Sequence record: LC680884.1
Reading direction: 5' to 3' (one strand)
DNA length: 64,000 bases
Made by a program: the position numbers and the translations under genes. This document shows, piece after piece, positions 26,836-35,184 of this stretch (position 1 is the stretch's first letter; every line of letters begins with the position of its first letter). The notes beneath the pieces were generated by a model that was given only the letters and a program-made list of their open reading frames with translations, ran no database searches and was not told where the DNA came from.

Positions 26836-27298
26836 AATAGAAAGAATTTCTGATGAAGAAATGAATATGTTTATTGAATTATATTGGAAAATATTGAATA
26901 ATGCTGAAGCAATGGCTGAACTCGATTATCATAGAAAAGTAAATATTATTTATAATGAAGGCGTTAGAGGTATTATTGATATAGATGAAAATAAAAAACA
27001 AATTTGGTTCCGAAATGATGCTAATGATATAGAGTTTCGACAAGAATTTTATTATACTTATGAAGAATTAAAGGGTGAAAAATATGCACAATTACAGAAA
27101 GAGTATATTTTGAAAAAATTATCTTCAAAACAAATTGAGGCTCTAAATAAACTTCTTAACAATATTAAAGCATTAAATATTCCAGATACCATTGTTTTAA
27201 AAGAAAGAGGTAATTGGACTGGTGAATTTGAAATATTAAATGATATTTCTTATGGGGATATTTGGAATTTTATTAATCTATTCAAGAATAATGAGTGA
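26828..27298 (+). CDS. Hypothetical protein
   Basis: 156 aa, SD GAGGTG, overlaps the upstream stop. Confidence 0.7.
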   Translation: MRKIERISDEEMNMFIELYWKILNNAEAMAELDYHRKVNIIYNEGVRGIIDIDENKKQIWFRNDANDIEFRQEFYYTYEELKGEKYAQLQKEYILKKLSSKQIEALNKLLNNIKALNIPDTIVLKERGNWTGEFEILNDISYGDIWNFINLFKNNE

Positions 27299-27506
27299 AT
27301 TTTATAATAATGATGAGAGGTTAGGAAGAATCCCCACCTATCCTCCATTCATGAAAATTAGACAAGTTAGAGAATCAAGAAAAAATTTTATATGTGAATT
27401 CTGTAATGAGATGATACAAAAGGGAAATAGTTGTCAATATTGGGTAGGAACTGATTTAGGCAAATTTTATTATTATAGAGTATGTAAAAAATGTAGTGAA
27501 TGTTAG
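27291..27506 (+). CDS. Small zinc-finger protein
   Basis: Start taken at MSEF (27291); CEFC..VCKKC. Confidence 0.6.
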   Translation: MSEFYNNDERLGRIPTYPPFMKIRQVRESRKNFICEFCNEMIQKGNSCQYWVGTDLGKFYYYRVCKKCSEC

Positions 27507-27516
27507 GAGACTAATA

Positions 27517-27771
27517 ATGAAAGAAGTATATAATTTAAAAGATCTTGCAGGTCAATTTTTCTTTGGAAATATTAAAAATAAAGAAGATTTAGAACAAGCT
27601 ATTGAAGGAAAATATTTATTCAGAAAAAATAAAGGAATTTCAGATGTAAATAATGCAATTCGTAAAAGTATTAAAAATGGAAGAGGGAAAACAGAATTGG
27701 AATTAGACTGGCTTGCCCTTTATCTAAATGATGTCTTTAAATTAGATAGACGTAAAAATAAGGAGGTGTAA
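27517..27771 (+). CDS. Hypothetical protein
   Basis: SD AGGAG before the ATG at 27517. Confidence 0.65.
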   Translation: MKEVYNLKDLAGQFFFGNIKNKEDLEQAIEGKYLFRKNKGISDVNNAIRKSIKNGRGKTELELDWLALYLNDVFKLDRRKNKEV

Positions 27772-27775
27772 TAGT

Positions 27776-28156
27776 ATGTATTTTATCGATGATACTAATG
27801 ATTTAGAAGGAAAAGTAATTGGCTTTGTTTCAGCAAATCAATTTGCCGACTATACTACTATTGCTACTAAAGATGGTGGAGTTTGTTTGATTCAGCAAAA
27901 GACTGATGAATTTGGGGACACTGAAATTAGAGTATATCCAAAAATACAAGCACAATATAGTCTATATAATGACAAATATGTTAGAGATGAACTTAATAAG
28001 AGAGGAATTATTACTGAAAAAGATTGGGAAGAGTATGATAAAGAAGTTAAGAGAAAGCAAGAGCAAGTTAGAAAAGATCATCTAAGAAGAAAAGAAGAAG
28101 CAGATAGAAAAAGATATGAAGAACTAAAAAAGAAATTTGGATCTGAGAGTAATTAA
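27776..28156 (+). CDS. Hypothetical phage protein with a C-terminal coiled coil
   Basis: 126 aa, SD AAGGAGGTG. Confidence 0.75.
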   Translation: MYFIDDTNDLEGKVIGFVSANQFADYTTIATKDGGVCLIQQKTDEFGDTEIRVYPKIQAQYSLYNDKYVRDELNKRGIITEKDWEEYDKEVKRKQEQVRKDHLRRKEEADRKRYEELKKKFGSESN

Positions 28157-28183
28157 AATAATTTATCAAAGGATGAAGATAAA

Positions 28184-28438
28184 ATGAATAAAGAAAAAAT
28201 TGAAAAGAATAGCTTTATAGTAATTAGTAAAGATGAAAATGATGAAATATACTTCAACCAAGCAAAATCAGAGGAAGAGGTAATTAATGAAGTAAGTAAT
28301 GCTACTACTTATGGATATAGTATTAAAAATATTATTAAAGTCAACAGTAATGGTGAAACTGATAAGATGACTGTAGAATTTTCAGACGGAAAATTAAAAT
28401 TAATTAAACTAAAGGCTAATAAAGTAAATACTAGATAA
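28184..28438 (+). CDS. Hypothetical protein
   Basis: 84 aa, SD AAGGA. Confidence 0.65.
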   Translation: MNKEKIEKNSFIVISKDENDEIYFNQAKSEEEVINEVSNATTYGYSIKNIIKVNSNGETDKMTVEFSDGKLKLIKLKANKVNTR

Positions 28439-28441
28439 TAA

Positions 28442-28480
28442 AAAGTGGTTATGTGGATATTAAATTCACATAACCACTTT
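28442..28480 (+). terminator. Terminator hairpin
   Basis: AAAGTGGTTATGTG..CACATAACCACTTT. Confidence 0.75.
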
Positions 28481-28493
28481 AAATATATATTAT
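28481..28493 (+). promoter_or_regulatory. Early promoter motif AAATATATATTAT
   Basis: Exact 13-mer upstream of the PolB N-half operon. Confidence 0.7.
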
Positions 28494-28598
28494 ATAAATG
28501 ATTACATAAATAGAAAGGAAGAATATAGTGATTTAGCCTAACTTTTTATAAAAATGGAAAACTAAATTATTGATGAATATTGAGGAGGTTATAAATTT

Positions 28599-30263
28599 AT
28601 GGTTCAGATGATTAACACACATTATTTTTATCCAGATAGAAAAAGTAAAGATGGTTTTGATAAGGTACTATTTATTGTTAAAGATGAAAATGGTAATAAG
28701 CGTTGTGAAACAATTGAAAAACCAGTCATTGAATATTACATTACAAAACCACAATATTGGGATGGAAAACTAAGAAACTACATTGAAAAAGATAAGGTAC
28801 TTCCAATCAAATGTTATGCGAAAGATTTATATAAGTCAATTATCACTACATTAAATGATCAGAATCTTACAAATTATTTCTGGGATACAATAAAATCTGG
28901 CGGCTATGGAATTGGAAAGAAATTAAATCGAATTCATTTAGACTATCGTTTACATGGTTCAGATGTAAACATTCAAGATTATTATATTTCTCAATTTTTA
29001 AAGAAACACCCAGTCGATAAAAATAACTTCGGTTTAACTAAAGTGGTATACGATATAGAGGTTGATATTGAGAAAATTGTTGGATTCCCTGAACCAGAAG
29101 AAGCTGAAGCACCAGTAAATATTATGACACTTATTGATATGGATAATCTTAATTGTTATACACTTTGCTTAAAATATAATCATGATACTTATGTAGAAAC
29201 AATGAGTAACCTAGATAGTATTAAGAGTGAACTAGAAGAAAGATATAAAAAGATCTTAAAAGGTAGAAAGATGAATTTTATCATTGAAGAATGGGAAAGT
29301 GAGATTCATATGATAAAACGATTCTACGATCTTATTAATATTGAAATTAAACCTGATTTTGTATTAGCTTGGAATGGACATGGATTCGATAATCCTTATT
29401 TAATGAATAGAATTATGAGATTAGGATATAATCCAGAAGATATTATGTGTCCAAAAGAATTTAAATATAAGAGAGTTAGCTATAGAAAAGATACATTTAA
29501 CCAAGATCCATCTGATAATGGTAATGAAATGAATGTTACATCTTATTCAGTATATCTAGATGCAATGAACCTCTATGCTAACTTAAGAAAAGGTATGGGT
29601 AAAGAAGAGTCTTATAGTTTGGACTATATTGGGGAAAAAGAAGTAGGTCTAACAAAAGATGTAATGGAAGAAGGATTTAAAACTTTCCATATTACCGATT
29701 ATAAGAAATTTATGTTTTATAATATTCAAGATACTGTTATGATGATGATGATGGAAGAAAAGAATAGAGATGTTGATGCAATCTATTCAGTAGCAATGTT
29801 AACTGAAACACGTATTGAGAAAGCAATGAAGAAAACAATTTGTTTACGAAATCTTGCTTCTAAATTCTATCGTGAAAAAGGAGTTTATATCTCTAATAAT
29901 AGAGCAAAAATTAGAGAGCAAACTGAGGGAAAAATTAAAGGTGCGTTTGTAGCTAATCCAAATAATATTGATAATATTGGTATTGAGTTATTAGGGGAAA
30001 AATCTAAATTCCTATTTGAGAATTGTATCGACTTTGATTTAAGCTCTCTATATCCATCAATTATTCAAGCATTTAATATCTCTCCTGAAACATGTTATGG
30101 AAGAGTCATTATTGAAGAAGATGGCAATGATATATCAAAAGAATATGTTGATGATTATTCAAGTAAGGACTATATTAATTTTGGTAATAAATGGCATAAT
30201 TTGCCAACAACAAGTGATTTAATTCAAAAATTAAAACAGCAAAAACAATTACAAGTATCTTAA
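28599..30263 (+). CDS. polB: Family B DNA polymerase, N-terminal part (3'-5' exonuclease plus motif A)
   Basis: ExoI YDIEVD, ExoII AWNGHGFDNPYL, ExoIII YNIQD, motif A DFDLSSLYPSIIQAFNISPET. Confidence 0.94.
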   Translation: MVQMINTHYFYPDRKSKDGFDKVLFIVKDENGNKRCETIEKPVIEYYITKPQYWDGKLRNYIEKDKVLPIKCYAKDLYKSIITTLNDQNLTNYFWDTIKSGGYGIGKKLNRIHLDYRLHGSDVNIQDYYISQFLKKHPVDKNNFGLTKVVYDIEVDIEKIVGFPEPEEAEAPVNIMTLIDMDNLNCYTLCLKYNHDTYVETMSNLDSIKSELEERYKKILKGRKMNFIIEEWESEIHMIKRFYDLINIEIKPDFVLAWNGHGFDNPYLMNRIMRLGYNPEDIMCPKEFKYKRVSYRKDTFNQDPSDNGNEMNVTSYSVYLDAMNLYANLRKGMGKEESYSLDYIGEKEVGLTKDVMEEGFKTFHITDYKKFMFYNIQDTVMMMMMEEKNRDVDAIYSVAMLTETRIEKAMKKTICLRNLASKFYREKGVYISNNRAKIREQTEGKIKGAFVANPNNIDNIGIELLGEKSKFLFENCIDFDLSSLYPSIIQAFNISPETCYGRVIIEEDGNDISKEYVDDYSSKDYINFGNKWHNLPTTSDLIQKLKQQKQLQVS

Positions 30264-30276
30264 GGGAGAGATATAA

Positions 30277-30870
30277 ATGGCAAAAATTTTCTTTGATACA
30301 GAATTTACTGGTCTTCATCAGGAGACCAGTCTTATTAGTATTGGATTAGTTGCTGAAAATGGAAGATCTTTTTATGCTGAATTTAATGATTATAACAAAG
30401 ATCAAGTAGATGAATGGTTACAGGAAAATGTTATTGATAAATTACTATACAATGATTATAATCAATTTAATAATTTTAAGTCTAATAGAGATGATTACAC
30501 TGTAACAATGAAAGGAAATTCTAAAGAAATTAAAGAAGCATTAGAAACATGGTTAGAACAGTTTGATTACATTGACATGTGGTCTGATTGTTTATCTTAT
30601 GATTGGATATTATTTAATAATTTATTTGGTAGTGCTTTCGACATTCCAGATAATATTAATTATATTCCTTTCGATATTTGTACTCTATTTAAAATCCTAG
30701 ACATTGATCCTGATATTAATCGAGAAGAATATATTGGATTACCATTTAGTGAAAATAAACATAATGCACTCCATGATGCTAAAGTAATTAAAGAATGTTA
30801 TTACAAACTTAATAGTGCTTATCATAGAAAGGTAATTAATAAGAGAGCATTAGTTAGTAAAAAACACTAA
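30277..30870 (+). CDS. DEDDh 3'-5' exonuclease (Rv2179c-like)
   Basis: FFDTEFTG, LISIGLV, SFYAEF, YDW, HNALHDAK. Confidence 0.9.
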   Translation: MAKIFFDTEFTGLHQETSLISIGLVAENGRSFYAEFNDYNKDQVDEWLQENVIDKLLYNDYNQFNNFKSNRDDYTVTMKGNSKEIKEALETWLEQFDYIDMWSDCLSYDWILFNNLFGSAFDIPDNINYIPFDICTLFKILDIDPDINREEYIGLPFSENKHNALHDAKVIKECYYKLNSAYHRKVINKRALVSKKH

Positions 30871-30883
30871 AGGGGATATAATA

Positions 30884-31120
30884 TTGGATATTATTAAGGT
30901 ATTTCTAGGAGTGGAATTTGTGATAGTTAATATTGCTGCTTTTTCGTTATTATATAAATATCGAAGTTTAATGGATAAATATAATGAAGAACGGACAAAA
31001 ACTGAATACTTATCAAATGAGAACATTAGGATTAACAGTTATAATAACTTATTAGAACACCAAAATAAGCGTCTAAAGAAATCTCAAGTTAAAAATAAAG
31101 AACAGATAACAAGTAAATGA
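30884..31120 (+). CDS. Small protein with an N-terminal transmembrane helix and a coiled coil
   Basis: 78 aa, TTG start, SD AAGGGGA. Confidence 0.6.
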   Translation: MDIIKVFLGVEFVIVNIAAFSLLYKYRSLMDKYNEERTKTEYLSNENIRINSYNNLLEHQNKRLKKSQVKNKEQITSK

Positions 31121-31176
31121 GGGATATATTATGAAAAAGGGAAATTGTTATTAAATCAGTGGAAAGATAAATAAAT

Positions 31177-31944
31177 GTGATTCCAGTAGATAAATTCTAC
31201 TGGAATCATTATAATAGGAGTGATAATATGATTGTATTATCTGATGCGAATGAGGTTAAAGAATTTTGTAAACTGCTTAATGATCTTAATCAATATATGA
31301 AAAAGGTACATAATAGCAGGGAACATTATAACTACATTAATGGAGTTATAATTGCTAATGGTCATGAACAACTAACTCCTTATATTACTGCTTATCCTGT
31401 CTATTCTAAAAAGAATGCATTTTTAGAAGATATAATTAATAATTGTAGATTTTCCATTAGGGGATCTGATTATTATGCCTTTTTTAAAGAATATAAGAAT
31501 AATATAACTGAAGTAAGAATAGATAATAATTATATTGAATTTAACACTGACGTTCCTTTAGTAGAACAAAAATATGAATTCATTGATGATTCTAATAGAT
31601 TTAAGATAGAAAACTATAAGTTATTAGGAGAATTTCAATTAAATAGTGATCAAACCGAGGTAATAAAAGAATATAAGAATTCACCATTTTCTATTTATTT
31701 CTACCCTAATACTGGTAATTGTACTATAGATGAAAAATTAGAAGATGATGATAGCTATATTAGAATAATTTATAATAAGAAATTTTTAGTTGGATTCAAA
31801 GGTACTAAGACATCTAAACAAGATATCTATTTTAAATTATATGATTATAATTCAGATGAAAATCTCTATATTATCGAGATTATTGTTCCTTCAAATAATA
31901 TTGAGGTAAAACAGTATATACTTATTACTGATATAGCAGAATAA
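31177..31944 (+). CDS. Hypothetical protein, candidate sliding-clamp fold
   Basis: 255 aa, last gene of the PolB-N operon, two-domain alternating helix/strand pattern (see findings). Confidence 0.45.
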   Translation: MIPVDKFYWNHYNRSDNMIVLSDANEVKEFCKLLNDLNQYMKKVHNSREHYNYINGVIIANGHEQLTPYITAYPVYSKKNAFLEDIINNCRFSIRGSDYYAFFKEYKNNITEVRIDNNYIEFNTDVPLVEQKYEFIDDSNRFKIENYKLLGEFQLNSDQTEVIKEYKNSPFSIYFYPNTGNCTIDEKLEDDDSYIRIIYNKKFLVGFKGTKTSKQDIYFKLYDYNSDENLYIIEIIVPSNNIEVKQYILITDIAE

Positions 31945-31964
31945 AGCATGTTTACATGCTTTAT
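31941..31964 (+). terminator. Terminator hairpin
   Basis: ATAAAGCATGT-TT-ACATGCTTTAT plus a T-run. Confidence 0.8.
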
Positions 31965-31990
31965 TTTTTTTTATTTTTTTCATAAAGAAA

Positions 31991-32002
31991 AACATTTAAT
32001 TA
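31991..32002 (+). promoter_or_regulatory. Late promoter for the portal gene
   Basis: AACA-TTTAAT-TA. Confidence 0.75.
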
Positions 32003-32030
32003 TAATGTTGAAATAGAAAAAGGTGATGAA

Positions 32031-34226
32031 ATGGCAGATCCAAGAGGAAAAATTGATGGTTTAGAACATAAGATAAATAATCAGATCTTTGGTACTGATA
32101 CATCTGATAATTTCGAGAACGATACAAAAGAAATATCTAACTCTATTAATAAGATTATAGATCAAAATAAATCTTATACTACTCCAAATATGATGGACTT
32201 TCTAAATGCATCTGAATTTAATAATGATGCTAATATGAGTGGAGAAAAACCTAAGAAGAAATTTGATAAAGGTCAGTTAGAAAAAGTCTTATCCAAAGAG
32301 AATTTATCACAATTAATGGGTTTTGAAAAAGAAAGAATCTCTAGATATAGTGATTATAGTATTATCTACTCTTATATTCCTCAATTAGCTGAGTGTATTA
32401 ATGTTTATAGAGATAGTATCATGTCACCAGATGATTTGACTAAAGACTCTTTAAATATCCGTTATAAATCAGATAAAGTAAAAGATGAATTAAGTAACGA
32501 TGTTATAAAGAATACTAACTTCCTCGTTAAAAAGTATAAATTAAATAAGAGAGCAAAGAATATTATAAGAAAAACATTAACGCTTGGTGATTATTTTGTT
32601 GCAGTATTAAAGTATGATGAAGAATTTAATAAAATGCTATTAACAGAAGATAATAAGGATTTATTTAATTCAAATAATGAGGAACAGCAAAATTCTAGAT
32701 TTATCATGAAAGAAGATATTGATGATAAAGATTTAAAAATGCTATTCGAAACTAATTTGAATGAGAAATCAGAGTATAATTATAATCAGATTAAATCAGA
32801 AATCTCAAGTGTTATAAATAATAATATTGATTATGAAGATGATCCAAGAAAATCTTTACTTAACTTATCTGCGGATGGATTATCTCAATTAAATAAAAAG
32901 AAAAATAAGGAAAATGATGAGGATGAGTTTACACATTTTGGTATTAAGGGTTCTATTATAAGAATGCTTTCACCTGAGAATGTTATTAAACTCGAAGTAG
33001 ATGGAATAAATTTTGGTTATATTCATATTGAAAAGACTGATGAGATTGCAACACAGGGTTCAGGTACAACAGCAATTAGTGATTTCTTCAATTCAAGAGT
33101 AGATATTGAGCAATCAAATCATAAGGATAGAGAAGAAATTATTGCCAATGTGTTTATTAAAGGGATTTCAAAAAAGATAGATAATGAATTCATTAAAGAT
33201 AATAAAGAATTCAAAGACTATATCTATGCGTTATTAAAGGAAAAATATATCACTGAAAAGAAAGTTAAGATTACCTACCTAGCACCAGATGAGGTAGTAC
33301 ATTTTATGACTGATAGTGATGAATTATATGGACAATCAAAATTAGCAAGAAGTCTGTTCTTTGCTAAATTATATCTTGCTACTTTGATTACAGAATTAAT
33401 GCAAAAGATCTCTCGTGGTAGGGATAAACGTTTGGTGTATGTTGAAACTGGATTAGACGCAGATATTGAAGGTGCTATTCAAGGAGTAGTTAAAGATATT
33501 AAGTCAAAAGAAATTCAGACAGATATTTTAAAAAGTGTTTCTACAATTCTAAATAGTATTGGAGTATTTGATGACTACTATATTCCTCTTATAGATGGAG
33601 AAAAACCTTTAGACTTTGATACATTGAGTGGTATGGATGTGGACGCAGATAGTGATTTCCTTCAATTCTTATTAAAGTCAGCAGTAAATGGTACAGGAGT
33701 ACCTGCTAACTATATTGATGCTTCTCAAGATGTTGATTTTGCTAGATCACTTGTTATGCAAAACTCTACATTTGTAAGAACTATTGTATCAGATCAAGCA
33801 TCATTCTCTGAGAGCTTTTCAGAATTAATTAGAATATTATATCGCAATGAATATCATTTAAATGATAATAGAAAAGATAAAGATAATGAAAAGAAGAAAA
33901 AAGATAGTCAAGATTATATTGATGTTAATGATATTGAAGTACTATTTCCACCCCCAATATCCCTTAATCTGACTAATATTAATGATCAGATTTCTAATGC
34001 TAGTCAAACGGTTGATTTTATTACATCTTCCTATATAGACGAAACAGATGCAGATACATCTAAAAAGACTAGTTTTAAGAAGAAAATTGTTAGACAAATG
34101 ATTCCAAATATTGATTGGGATCTAATGGATAGATTATACGAAGATGCTCTAATGGATTCTACTGAAAGTGCCCTTAAGACAAATAATTCTGAAGGTGATG
34201 GAGGAGACTTAGGAGGAGGATTCTAA
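32031..34226 (+). CDS. Portal protein (phiKZ-like)
   Basis: 731 aa, late promoter. Segments YSYIPQLAECINVYRDSIMSPD and GQSKLARSLF..RGRDKRLVYVETG, plus an acidic Gly-rich tail, resemble jumbo-phage portals. Confidence 0.82.
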   Translation: MADPRGKIDGLEHKINNQIFGTDTSDNFENDTKEISNSINKIIDQNKSYTTPNMMDFLNASEFNNDANMSGEKPKKKFDKGQLEKVLSKENLSQLMGFEKERISRYSDYSIIYSYIPQLAECINVYRDSIMSPDDLTKDSLNIRYKSDKVKDELSNDVIKNTNFLVKKYKLNKRAKNIIRKTLTLGDYFVAVLKYDEEFNKMLLTEDNKDLFNSNNEEQQNSRFIMKEDIDDKDLKMLFETNLNEKSEYNYNQIKSEISSVINNNIDYEDDPRKSLLNLSADGLSQLNKKKNKENDEDEFTHFGIKGSIIRMLSPENVIKLEVDGINFGYIHIEKTDEIATQGSGTTAISDFFNSRVDIEQSNHKDREEIIANVFIKGISKKIDNEFIKDNKEFKDYIYALLKEKYITEKKVKITYLAPDEVVHFMTDSDELYGQSKLARSLFFAKLYLATLITELMQKISRGRDKRLVYVETGLDADIEGAIQGVVKDIKSKEIQTDILKSVSTILNSIGVFDDYYIPLIDGEKPLDFDTLSGMDVDADSDFLQFLLKSAVNGTGVPANYIDASQDVDFARSLVMQNSTFVRTIVSDQASFSESFSELIRILYRNEYHLNDNRKDKDNEKKKKDSQDYIDVNDIEVLFPPPISLNLTNINDQISNASQTVDFITSSYIDETDADTSKKTSFKKKIVRQMIPNIDWDLMDRLYEDALMDSTESALKTNNSEGDGGDLGGGF

Positions 34227-34233
34227 TTTAAAG

Positions 34234-34271
34234 AATAAAAGCATATATCAATTAAGATATATGCTTTTATT
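34234..34271. terminator. Bidirectional terminator between the portal and tail tube genes
   Basis: AATAAAAGCATATATC-AATTAA-GATATATGCTTTTATT. Confidence 0.85.
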
Positions 34272-34277
34272 TTATTA

Positions 34278-35075
34278 TTAAATATCACCAAGACCTTGTT
34301 GTACGCTACCAGCACTATTATTAAATTCAGAAAGATAACGTCCACCAACATTAGCTTTTTCTGGATCAAATAGACCAGCAGTAACAAAGGAGTAAGTAGT
34401 AGCAAGAAGTTTCTTAGCATAGTTATCTACTTTAGAAGAAATATGCATATTACCACTAAATGGAATTTCAAGCTCAACTAGGTTATGTTCACCTTGAGTA
34501 TAATCAAAATGAGATAATGGAATACGTTTAGGCATTACATTAGTATAATAAACAGCCTGTTCAATATTTCTCTTTTCAGTATTATTAACGTCAGGACGTG
34601 TAACAATATACATTAACTCACCAGTATGGTTTTTAGCCGCATACTCCATACCATATACTTTTGGATATGTTGCAATACCTGTCTCTGGATCTGAAATAGA
34701 AGAAACCCAGAACTGATACATATTTTTAATAGGACTACCAGAATACTCTTGATGACGAAGAGTGAATTCAGTGTTATTTTTAGTAATACCAGCCGCAACG
34801 TTATAATCATTGTTAGCAAAACCATATTGGTATTGTTGTGTCTGAAGTTCCATATCTTCTAGACCAGTGAATCCTTTAAAGTTCTTCTCTGTCATAGCTT
34901 TGAATCCCGGATATTCTTGGACAATCCATTTTGGTAATTTAGTCCAAACAATAAACGCATAACCAGTAACCAATGGGTCAAAAGCTAGTTGTTTGAGATT
35001 TAAGCCACCAGTGAAGAATGATTGCTGTTGCGCCAGTGAAGAGTCAAAAACTCTAACGTTACCTTGTTTAATCAT
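34278..35075 (-). CDS. Tail tube protein
   Basis: 265 aa directly downstream of the sheath gene. Strand-rich, with EFTLRHQEYSGSPI..WVSSISDPETG; own late promoter at 35113..35124. Confidence 0.8.
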   Translation of the reverse strand: MIKQGNVRVFDSSLAQQQSFFTGGLNLKQLAFDPLVTGYAFIVWTKLPKWIVQEYPGFKAMTEKNFKGFTGLEDMELQTQQYQYGFANNDYNVAAGITKNNTEFTLRHQEYSGSPIKNMYQFWVSSISDPETGIATYPKVYGMEYAAKNHTGELMYIVTRPDVNNTEKRNIEQAVYYTNVMPKRIPLSHFDYTQGEHNLVELEIPFSGNMHISSKVDNYAKKLLATTYSFVTAGLFDPEKANVGGRYLSEFNNSAGSVQQGLGDI

Positions 35076-35112
35076 TAATCATTCACCTTTCTCTCATAAT
35101 ATAAAAGTTCTA

Positions 35113-35124
35113 TATCAATATGTT
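35113..35124 (-). promoter_or_regulatory. Late promoter
   Basis: AACA-TATTGA-TA. Confidence 0.75.
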
Positions 35125-35139
35125 TAATTATTATAAATA

Positions 35140-35172
35140 GTATAGTGTGAGGCAATTATCCTCACACTATAC
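35140..35172 (-). terminator. Terminator hairpin after the sheath gene
   Basis: GTATAGTGTGAGG-CAATTAT-CCTCACACTATAC. Confidence 0.8.
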
Positions 35173-35184
35173 ATTATTACTGTA

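Noticed and set aside
31131-31176. Mini-ORF MKKGNCY as the frameshifted start of 31177..31944
   Set aside because: Joining needs both a frameshift and read-through of a TAA; support is too weak.
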